Assembly: GCA_963770755.1 (NCBI GenBank)
Contig: CAVYQZ010000006.1
Location: 12,509-76,508 of the forward strand
DNA length: 64,000 bases
DNA from: Candidatus Aminicenantes bacterium
GTDB taxonomy: Bacteria; Acidobacteriota; Aminicenantia; UBA2199
Direction of reading: 5' to 3'
Below, in pieces: positions 45,295-53,414 of the stretch; the stretch's first letter is position 1; each line of letters opens with the position of its first letter. The notes below the pieces were generated by a model. That model was not told the origin of the DNA. It searched no databases and saw only the letters and a list, made by a program, of their open reading frames with translations. A program made the translations under genes and the position numbers.

Positions 45295-46806
45295 CTACTC
45301 GCCGAGCTTTTTCAACATCTCGACTGCGTTGGTATTTTGCGGATTGAGCACCAGAGATTTTTTGTAATTTTTGATTGCTAATTCTTTGTTTCCTTTGATC
45401 ATATACGCCTCTCCCAAGCTGTCATAGACATCCGCCGAGTCCGGATATTCTTCCACATTCAGCTTGAACAATGCAATGGCGTCATCGATCCTGTTTTCCT
45501 TGATCATTTGGTAAGCCAGGTCATTTAATTCGCTTTCAGTGAAATTGTACGCTTCAGGCAAACCGGCTTTAATGCTGCGATATTTCACTATCGCTTCCAG
45601 GACATCCTTCAATTTGATTATGTCATACAGTCGTCTGCCGACGGATTTTTTCTCCATTAAATAATATGGAATATACCCTTCCCATTCCCAGGGTGTGTAC
45701 GTGTCCCCGATCGTTTTTTCGAGAACATCCTTGAACATTTTTTCCCCGTTGTCACTGTTGGTCATCATGATGATTGAAATTCCCTGATCGGAAAAGTTGA
45801 CGTTATAGTTCTGCCATCCTTCCCCATGGCCCTCTTTGAAAAAGGCGCGGCCATATTTGCACTTAAAAAGTCCCCAGCCCAAACCATAAGAAAGCGTGAT
45901 GGCATCATTCCGGTCCGTAACTTCCTCTGCCAGAGAGGGAAACTGATGCTTTGACTTGATGACAATTTGCGCTGAGAGCATCATTTGCCTGGATGATTCC
46001 TTTAATCCTTTGCCTTGCATCATCGCTTCAACAAATTTAGCGTAATCCGCAATACTCGTCTGCAATGACCCCCCGGCGCTTGCCTGTGTAATTTTTCCGT
46101 AATAATCAACAGGGATCTCAATGTCATCGTGGCCGACGGCCAAATTGTCCTTGAACCTGTCCTGCCATATATAGCTTGTGTTTTTCATGTCCAGGGGCTT
46201 GAAAATTTTTTCTTGGGCCAATTTTTCCAATTTTTTACCGGTGATTTTTTCAACGGCAAGTTGCAGCAATTGGATGCCTTCCCCTGAATACGCGTAGCGG
46301 GTCCCGGGCCTGAAAAATATTTCCAGTTTGTTGCCGCGGGCATTGGGAAATCCGGTTGTATGGCTGAGGCACATTCTTGCCGAGATCAATTTCCATTGCT
46401 CATCCGCGGCAAGGTCTTGGTAGCCATCATATTCCGGTAAAGGTTTATCCAGGTATCGGCAAAGCGGTTTGTCAAGATTCAAAATACCTTCCTGAACCAG
46501 TTGCATTGCCAAATATGCAAAAACAGCCTTACTGAATGATGCCCCCAGCATGATGGTGTTTTTATCAAGCAACGTGCCTTCTTCCTTGTTCCGGAATCCA
46601 AAGGTTTTCACGTAGGCGATCTTGTTATCGTTCAATATGACCAGTCCCAGGCCGGTCACCTTGGCCGCAGCCATCAAGTCAATCACCGTTTTGTCAATTT
46701 CACCGGTTTTAATTGTGCTGCCATCCAATTTTTTCAGCTGCTGAACCTGGGTAAAAGCCAAACTGCATGTGATAAAAAATATGACGATACTGCAAAATGA
46801 TTTCAT
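45295..46806 (-). CDS. Serine hydrolase (beta-lactamase/AmpC-like family) with C-terminal TPR
   Basis: ASFSK (SxxK), LSHTTG, YSGEG, YDSLGEAY TPR. Confidence 0.88.
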   Translation of the reverse strand: MKSFCSIVIFFITCSLAFTQVQQLKKLDGSTIKTGEIDKTVIDLMAAAKVTGLGLVILNDNKIAYVKTFGFRNKEEGTLLDKNTIMLGASFSKAVFAYLAMQLVQEGILNLDKPLCRYLDKPLPEYDGYQDLAADEQWKLISARMCLSHTTGFPNARGNKLEIFFRPGTRYAYSGEGIQLLQLAVEKITGKKLEKLAQEKIFKPLDMKNTSYIWQDRFKDNLAVGHDDIEIPVDYYGKITQASAGGSLQTSIADYAKFVEAMMQGKGLKESSRQMMLSAQIVIKSKHQFPSLAEEVTDRNDAITLSYGLGWGLFKCKYGRAFFKEGHGEGWQNYNVNFSDQGISIIMMTNSDNGEKMFKDVLEKTIGDTYTPWEWEGYIPYYLMEKKSVGRRLYDIIKLKDVLEAIVKYRSIKAGLPEAYNFTESELNDLAYQMIKENRIDDAIALFKLNVEEYPDSADVYDSLGEAYMIKGNKELAIKNYKKSLVLNPQNTNAVEMLKKLGE

Positions 46807-47008
46807 GTTTTCCTCCTGTGCCTGCTGCATTTAATACAACGAACAAAGCACAAGTTTGGTTACATTTTTCTGAAGAAATAAGTCTCAGGTCTTGAGATGA
46901 CAGTCTTTTTAGGGATCGGGGGCAGTGCCCTATTGGGGAAAAGGAGTTTATTTTTATGATTGAATTTATTCCTGGCGGTTGCTACAATGGTCTTTCAGGG
47001 GGTAAACC

Positions 47009-47362
47009 ATGGACATGATGATCAAGGTGATCGCGCGCTTCGTTGACAAGACCAGCAAAAAACCCTTAACCGGGAATGATCTCACGGCCAGGCTGTATGA
47101 CAACGATGTGGTCGGTGATGATTTCCTCGGCGAATCCAAGCTCGATGAAAACGGAAATGCCGAAGTTGTGACCAACCTGGCCGCTGCCGAATCCGCGGAC
47201 AGCCCGCTGGAAACCTACCCCGACCTTTATTTTTCCCTAAATAATCAGGACGGGGTGATCTTTGAAAGCCAGGTATTCAAAAATGTCGATTTTTTAGGCA
47301 AGGACGACGTTTCCCATGAGCATCGCTCCGCTACCCGCGACCTGGGAACCTTCGAAGTCTGA
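47009..47362 (+). CDS. Hypothetical acidic protein, possibly transthyretin/C2-like fold
   Basis: LYDNDVVGDDFLG..PDLYF; followed by a hairpin and T-run. Confidence 0.65.
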   Translation: MDMMIKVIARFVDKTSKKPLTGNDLTARLYDNDVVGDDFLGESKLDENGNAEVVTNLAAAESADSPLETYPDLYFSLNNQDGVIFESQVFKNVDFLGKDDVSHEHRSATRDLGTFEV

Positions 47363-47381
47363 GCCCACCCTGTCCGCCGCC

Positions 47382-47418
47382 GGCTGCCGTCCGCTCCATT
47401 CACAGCGGCAGTCTTTTT
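47382..47418 (+). terminator. Putative intrinsic terminator
   Basis: ggctgccg..cggcagtc followed by TTTTT. Confidence 0.55.
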
Positions 47419-47444
47419 ACTTTTAATTCATTTTTTGCAAGAAT

Positions 47445-48083
47445 ATGCGGATGCAAGACGGCAATCCAGGCCAGGCCCGAAACCGGCTGTTTCTCAGCGA
47501 AAGAAAAAAAACCCGCTTATTTTTCAACCTGGCTGCGCCCGTTTATCCCCTGATCGAGCGCCACCTGTTCCCGCGTTACGAAGCGGCCCTGGCCCGCTTG
47601 GGACTTTCCCCTGAATTCACGGTCCTGGACGTGGCCACGGGCAGCGGCATCCTGGCGGCCGCCTTTGCGCGGCGCGGCCACCCGGCGCGTGGGCTGGACT
47701 TTTCCGAAAGGCTGCTGAAGCGGGCCAGGAAAAAATTCCCGGGCATTGATTTCCAGCCATTCGACCTGGCCGACCTGGCGGAGATCCCGGCCAGGAGCTG
47801 GGACATCGTTTGCTGCGGCTATGTGCTGCACGGGCTCTCGGCCGGGTTCAGGCACGCCGTGCTGAAAAACTTGTCGCGCATTGCCTGCCGCTACGTGGTG
47901 GTCTTTGACTACTGCCATGACGGCGGCTGGCTGGTGCGCCTGATCGAGCGGGCCGAAGGGCCGCATTACCGGCAGTTCATGGCCACTTCCCGCCAGGCGG
48001 AATTCGCCGCAGCCGGGCTACGTATCGAAAAATCGCTGTCGACCTCTAATTTCGGCTGTGCGTGGCTGTGCCGGCTGCAATAA
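47445..48083 (+). CDS. Class I SAM-dependent methyltransferase
   Basis: VLDVATGSG, GLDFS. Confidence 0.85.
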   Translation: MRMQDGNPGQARNRLFLSERKKTRLFFNLAAPVYPLIERHLFPRYEAALARLGLSPEFTVLDVATGSGILAAAFARRGHPARGLDFSERLLKRARKKFPGIDFQPFDLADLAEIPARSWDIVCCGYVLHGLSAGFRHAVLKNLSRIACRYVVVFDYCHDGGWLVRLIERAEGPHYRQFMATSRQAEFAAAGLRIEKSLSTSNFGCAWLCRLQ

Positions 48084-48124
48084 GCATCGGCCGGGGCAGT
48101 GTGCAGCGGGAACGGTCTGCGGAA

Positions 48125-49531
48125 CTATTTCATCAAGGCGGCCAGCGGGTCCCAGGACGGGAGGATGACGGGCTCCAGCTCCAGCAGTTTGCGGTCGGCT
48201 TCACTCAGGTGTTTTTTATTGATGATAATGACCAGGACGTACTGATCGAACCAGCTGTCGTACATGGTCCAATAACCCTTGTCGCCGACGCCGCTGCCCC
48301 AGGAATTTTCTACCAGCCATTTCAGCGGCCGGCCGTTTTCGTGGTCGACGCCGACGATGGCCATGGCATGCACCGGTGAAAGGTCCTTGTATTGAAGTTT
48401 TTCGGCCTTGCTCATTTTTTTCTCATAGCCGTACAGCGAAGCGGTGTCGAAGAGGCCTTCGGCCATGATGCCGAGCATGCGGTCCATTTGCTGGCGCGAA
48501 TCGGCGCCGAACCAGACCGCTTCGTCGTTCTCCAGCGCTTTCAGGGCGTAGGCCTTCAACTTGGCGATGCCCAGGTTGAGGTAATCCATGTCGGCCGCGT
48601 CGCTGAGGTTGCGGCAATAACGGAGTTGGTAATGGCGGTCATAGGCGTGGACCGGGTGGTCGGCCAGGGTCACGTAGTCCTTCAGGTCGGTTGTCGCCGC
48701 GATTTCGCCATAAAACTCCAGCGGCGAATAGGTTTTTTTCACGGCCTTGCCGTCCTTGTTCTCGTAGCTCCAGGTGAATTTTTCGCAGGGGCTGCCCAGG
48801 TGCAGCACCAGCAGGCGGTAGACGTTTTTCAGGACCGCCGTTTTCTGCCGGCGCAATTCCTCTATGCCGGCCCCGCCGGCGGCCTGCTTGCGGATCCCGG
48901 CTGCCGCGTCGCGCAAAACGGTGTTCAGAACGGTGTTCATGCTGGTGGAGCTGTCGGTGTTGCTGGTATCGGGCATGACCGCCCGGGGGACCAGGCCGTA
49001 TTTCCCGGCCAGGGCGACGTAATGGCTCCACCAGCCGCCGTCGGCGACCGGGTCGGTCATCCAGGCCTGCAGTTCGCGGTCGTCCCAGCTCTTGTCGCGG
49101 TTGGCGATGATCATTTCCAGAAACAGGTTGGCCTTTTCCAGCTTGTCCCAGAAGAACAGGTAGGTCTCGGAAAATTCGAAACCGGCCAGCTTGAATTTTT
49201 TCATGACCGCCGGGCGCAGGACGTTCAGGCCGGCGAACATCCAGCAGCGACCGGTCGATTTCTGGTTGGTGATGCCGTTGACGGCGAGCTTGACGTTGAA
49301 CACGGCGCTGTGGCCGGACACAATCTCGCGGTTCAGGGCGAGATCATTGACCTTGTTGTTGCTGACGGCGTTGACCAGCGCCCGGGTCTGTCCGTCCATG
49401 ACCACGGACTGCTTGAGTTCCTGCAGCATGGCGTTGCTGATCCGACCCTGATCTTCGGCCCGGCCCGGCGTTTGGATGCACAGCAGGATCAGGATGAACA
49501 GGGAAAACATATAAACGGTCGATCTTTTCAT
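48125..49531 (-). CDS. pepC: C1B aminopeptidase C / bleomycin hydrolase, exported
   Basis: NQKSTGRCW, FWDKLEKAN, HAM, VENSWG, WDP. Confidence 0.92.
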   Translation of the reverse strand: MKRSTVYMFSLFILILLCIQTPGRAEDQGRISNAMLQELKQSVVMDGQTRALVNAVSNNKVNDLALNREIVSGHSAVFNVKLAVNGITNQKSTGRCWMFAGLNVLRPAVMKKFKLAGFEFSETYLFFWDKLEKANLFLEMIIANRDKSWDDRELQAWMTDPVADGGWWSHYVALAGKYGLVPRAVMPDTSNTDSSTSMNTVLNTVLRDAAAGIRKQAAGGAGIEELRRQKTAVLKNVYRLLVLHLGSPCEKFTWSYENKDGKAVKKTYSPLEFYGEIAATTDLKDYVTLADHPVHAYDRHYQLRYCRNLSDAADMDYLNLGIAKLKAYALKALENDEAVWFGADSRQQMDRMLGIMAEGLFDTASLYGYEKKMSKAEKLQYKDLSPVHAMAIVGVDHENGRPLKWLVENSWGSGVGDKGYWTMYDSWFDQYVLVIIINKKHLSEADRKLLELEPVILPSWDPLAALMK

Positions 49532-49684
49532 TATTACCTCCGCGTGACCTGAGTGCCCGGTCTATGGATGGCGCATGGCCAGGATCATAGTAGGGGAAAA
49601 CGGTAAAAAAATCAAGGCGCCGCCGCCCCGGAGAGCGGCTATGAAAAAATTGCATTTGCCGCGCCCAAACCGTATAATTCCAAC

Positions 49685-51286
49685 ATGAAAAGAAAATTAT
49701 TTATCCATGTGATCCTGATCGGTTTTATCTTGCCTGCCCTGGCGGCCTGCGGCTGCGGCTGCAACTCCGAGAGTCCGCTCATCGATCCGGCCCGTGCCTT
49801 CAACCTGGAGGAAATCACGGTCCGGCAGCTGCAGCAAGGCTACCGGGAAGGCCGTTTTTCAATTAGCGATGTCGTGCAGGGCTACCTGCAGCGCATGGAA
49901 GCCCTTGACAAAAACGGTCCCGGACTCAACGCCATCATCCACGTCAATCCCGATGCCCTGCTGATCGCGGCTGAACTGGACAGGGAGTTGAAGGCCGGCA
50001 AGGACCGCGGCCCCCTGCACGGTATCCCGGTCATTCTCAAGGACAACATCGACAGCATGGACCCGATGCCGACCACGGCCGGCGCCACCGCACTGCGGGA
50101 TTCTTTCGCCAGGAGCGACAGTGGGGTCGCCAAAAAATTGCGCGCCGCCGGCGCCGTGATCCTGGCCAAGGCCAACCTGAGCGAATGGGCCAATTTTCGC
50201 GCCAATTTGTCCTCCAGCGGCTGGAGTGGAGTGGGCGGCCAGACCCGCAATCCCTACGTGCTGGACCGCAATCCCTGCGGTTCGAGCTCCGGTTCCGGGG
50301 TGGCGGTCGCCGCCAATCTCTGTGCGCTGGCCATTGGCACCGAGACCAACGGTTCCATCGTCTGCCCGGCCAACAACAACGGCATCGTCGGTCTCAAGCC
50401 CACCGTCGGGCTGATCAGCCGCTCGGGCATCATTCCCATCTCGTTCACTCAGGATACGGCCGGCCCCATGGGGCGCACGGTCGAGGACATAGCCATCTGC
50501 CTGGGCGCGCTGACCGGCGTCGATGAAACGGACAGCAAAACGATGCTTTCGCGGGGCAAGTATGCCAGTGATTATACGCCGTTCCTGAAGGCCGACAACC
50601 TGAGCGGGAAACGCATCGGCCTGCTCAAGGATTCGGCCGCCTACCATCACAAGGTGGCCCTGCTGCTGGAGCGGGCCGCGGCCTACCTGAAAAGTCGCGG
50701 GGCGACGGTCATCGAGGTCGAGCCGCTGCCGGAGCGCGCCATGGAAAACGATTCCTTTCAGGTCATGCTCTACGAGTTCAAAGACGGGCTGAACAAATAC
50801 TTCGCCACTCTGGGCGAAAACGCCAAAGTGAAGGACCTGGCCGGGCTGATCGAGTTCAACCGGGCCGACCCGGTCGAGTTGCGGTACTTCGACCAGGCGC
50901 TGCTCGAAATGGCGCAGGAGAAGGGCGGCCTGGAAGCGTCCGAATATCAGGAGGCCCTGGCCAGGATGTTAAAGGCCGCGCGCCAGGACGGCATCGACAA
51001 GCTCATGGATGAGAACAAGCTGGACGCCATTATGGCACCGACCGGATCCCCGGCCTGGAAGACCGACCTGCTCGACGGCGATCATTTCCTGGGCGGCAGC
51101 TCCTCAGCGGCGGCCATTGCCGGCTACCCGGCCATCACCGTGCCCATGGGCTTCATCGATGAACTGCCGGTGGGTGTTTCCTTTTTCGGCCGGGCCTGGA
51201 GCGAACCACTGCTGCTGGAGATCGCCTATGCCTACGAGCAGGGGACCAAGCAGCGCCGGGCGCCCAAATTTCTTGTCTCTGATTGA
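49685..51286 (+). CDS. Amidase-signature family enzyme, probable lipoprotein
   Basis: LAAC lipobox; [20 protein letters not shown]. Confidence 0.92.
   Translation: MKRKLFIHVILIGFILPALAACGCGCNSESPLIDPARAFNLEEITVRQLQQGYREGRFSISDVVQGYLQRMEALDKNGPGLNAIIHVNPDALLIAAELDRELKAGKDRGPLHGIPVILKDNIDSMDPMPTTAGATALRDSFARSDSGVAKKLRAAGAVILAKANLSEWANFRANLSSSGWSGVGGQTRNPYVLDRNPCGSSSGSGVAVAANLCALAIGTETNGSIVCPANNNGIVGLKPTVGLISRSGIIPISFTQDTAGPMGRTVEDIAICLGALTGVDETDSKTMLSRGKYASDYTPFLKADNLSGKRIGLLKDSAAYHHKVALLLERAAAYLKSRGATVIEVEPLPERAMENDSFQVMLYEFKDGLNKYFATLGENAKVKDLAGLIEFNRADPVELRYFDQALLEMAQEKGGLEASEYQEALARMLKAARQDGIDKLMDENKLDAIMAPTGSPAWKTDLLDGDHFLGGSSSAAAIAGYPAITVPMGFIDELPVGVSFFGRAWSEPLLLEIAYAYEQGTKQRRAPKFLVSD
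51218..51286 (+). repeat. 69-bp direct repeat (amidase 3' end), copy A
   Basis: 60/69 identical to 56183-56251. Confidence 0.85.
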
Positions 51287-51291
51287 AAAGG

Positions 51292-51319
51292 AACAGGGGA
51301 TAGGGTCCAGGGTACAGGC
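51292..51319 (+). repeat. NNNAGGG heptamer array
   Basis: aacAGGG gatAGGG tccAGGG tacAGGC. Confidence 0.7.
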
Positions 51320-51436
51320 GCTTGACTTTAGATAACGCACTATATAGAATTCAATAGACAGAAAGGGAGCGGGCCAGCAAATACATAGTAGTCCGGATTA
51401 CATGCCAGGCATCCATGCCCGACAGAGAGAGGGGTG

Positions 51437-53413
51437 ATGATGCGATCACGTAAACGCTTGGTTTCAATAGCGGCAGTCGCATTCCTGTTCACAGCCATCT
51501 TGCATGGCACTTCGGAACCCGTGAACACAAAACCGGTTGCTTTTCAGCCGGCGCAGAGTTTCGACCGCGGCCGTTCCCTCACCCTCACGGCCACGGCCAG
51601 CGATAAACCGGAATGGATCAGTCTCTTTTTCCGGACCACGGCAGCGGCCGAATTCGCGGCCCGGCAGATGGAAAAGGATGCGGCAGGCGGATATTCGGCG
51701 ACCCTGGGCGGCGACGAACTCCTGGGTGAACGTCTCGAATACTATCTGGCCTACAAGATCAACGGGCAGATCGGCTACCTTCCAGAGGAGGTCCCGGCCC
51801 GTTTTTTCTCGGCCCAGCCGTCGTCGCTGCCGGCTCCGGCAGCCGTGGCTGCGGCAGTCCCGGAAACCGCTGCCGAGCCGAAAACGACCTCCTTCTCCCT
51901 GGCCCTCGACGGCAGCGCCTCCGGGCAGCTTGGCGCCCTGAACGCCGCCGGCCCCGACCCCCGCTTCCTGCACGGCGAAAACCTGCGCCTGGCTTTTCAG
52001 AGCGGACGCGAAAACCTGCAGGTCCTTTTAGACGCCCGGCTGCGCTACGACTCGCAGCCGCTCGGCCTGCAGAAGGATCTGAGCTTCGCCGCCGGCAGGA
52101 TGCAGATCAGCCTGGGGCGCCATTCGCTGCAGGCCGGGAAAATATTGCCGCCGGGGAGCGATCTGGGGCTGCAGCCGTTCGAGCGCCAGGGTTTGGCCTA
52201 CAGTTTCAACGGCGCGGCCTGGCAGCTGAACCTGTTCAGCCTGGCCACCCAGCATCTGCCCGGGTTTGACGGGCTCATCGTCCCCAAAGAGGGGGCCGGC
52301 CTTTTCGGCGCCAGCCTCGGTTTTTCGCTGCTCAAGCGAGCCGTTTTTGTCCGTGCCACCGGGCTTGCGGGCGAGGACGACCCGGCACTGGGCATCAACA
52401 CCGGTTTCACTTCGACATTCAAGAGCCGCAAGGGCGACCTGCTCTCCCTGGCCGCCGGCGCCAGCCTGTGGGAAAATTCCCTGGTCTTCGGCAGCGAACT
52501 GGCGCTCAGTCGCTGCGACCCGGACACGAGCGACGCCCAGCCGGCAGTAAGCGACAGCGCCTGGCGGCTGGACGGGAGATACGCGCGCGGCGCGCTGGAC
52601 CTGCATGCCGGCTTGAAAAACGTCGGCCCGGACTTCAATTCCATCGGCCAGCTGTTCATGGTCAATGACCGCCGCAGCCTGGAGGCCGGCGTGGGCTTGC
52701 GCGTCGCCGGTCTCCGCCTCAGCGCCTCCTACCGGAGCGAGCGCAACAACCTCGAAAACGACAGCGCCGTTTCGACCGCCACCGATAGCCAGGTCCAGGC
52801 TGCCCTGGGCTGGGACTTCGCCAGGAACGCAAGCCTGCAGCTGGGCTATGCACGCGGCCAGAACAACCTCCCGGCCACCGTCCTGTCGCCGCTCGGCGGC
52901 GGCGTCGCCAAGGAGGGTTATTCCGGCACCCTGAGCTGGCGGCCAAGCCGCCGGGCCAGCCTGCAGATTTCGGCCCAGCGCGACGTGTTCAGCAAGGCTG
53001 CGAACCCCGAGCTGGACGGCCGCTCGCTGACCGTCAACGCCGGCGGGAATTTTCAACGCCCGGACCGCTTCAGCCTCAGCTGCCAGCTGGGAGCGACCCA
53101 AGCCAGCTATGCGACGACGCAGAAGGAGAGCCGTTTTTACTATGCCTTCGTCAACGGGGAAGTGGCGATCATCGCCAAGCTGCTGTCCGTCGCCCTGACA
53201 ACGTCCTACAACCGCAGCGAGCCCGGCAGCAACGACAACCAGCAGACGGCCGGTCTCGACGGCGGGCTGGTGCTGAAGACACCGCCGGGCTGGAAGATCG
53301 GGCTGGTCATGGTGGCGCTGCGCGGCAGCTGGCTGCGAACGACAGTGGCAAATGTCGAGACCGACAATACCCGTCTTTATATAAAATGCGATTTTTCACT
53401 AGGGGGAAATTAA
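51437..53413 (+). CDS. Putative outer-membrane beta-barrel with N-terminal Ig-like domain
   Basis: Signal peptide, Ala/Pro linker, long run of amphipathic beta strands, VGPDFNSIG motif. Confidence 0.7.
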   Translation: MMRSRKRLVSIAAVAFLFTAILHGTSEPVNTKPVAFQPAQSFDRGRSLTLTATASDKPEWISLFFRTTAAAEFAARQMEKDAAGGYSATLGGDELLGERLEYYLAYKINGQIGYLPEEVPARFFSAQPSSLPAPAAVAAAVPETAAEPKTTSFSLALDGSASGQLGALNAAGPDPRFLHGENLRLAFQSGRENLQVLLDARLRYDSQPLGLQKDLSFAAGRMQISLGRHSLQAGKILPPGSDLGLQPFERQGLAYSFNGAAWQLNLFSLATQHLPGFDGLIVPKEGAGLFGASLGFSLLKRAVFVRATGLAGEDDPALGINTGFTSTFKSRKGDLLSLAAGASLWENSLVFGSELALSRCDPDTSDAQPAVSDSAWRLDGRYARGALDLHAGLKNVGPDFNSIGQLFMVNDRRSLEAGVGLRVAGLRLSASYRSERNNLENDSAVSTATDSQVQAALGWDFARNASLQLGYARGQNNLPATVLSPLGGGVAKEGYSGTLSWRPSRRASLQISAQRDVFSKAANPELDGRSLTVNAGGNFQRPDRFSLSCQLGATQASYATTQKESRFYYAFVNGEVAIIAKLLSVALTTSYNRSEPGSNDNQQTAGLDGGLVLKTPPGWKIGLVMVALRGSWLRTTVANVETDNTRLYIKCDFSLGGN

Positions 53414-53414
53414 A

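Noticed and set aside
29088-47000. Classical integron cassette array
   Set aside because: No IntI-type recombinase, no convincing attC sites seen, and the genes lie in both orientations with their own promoters.
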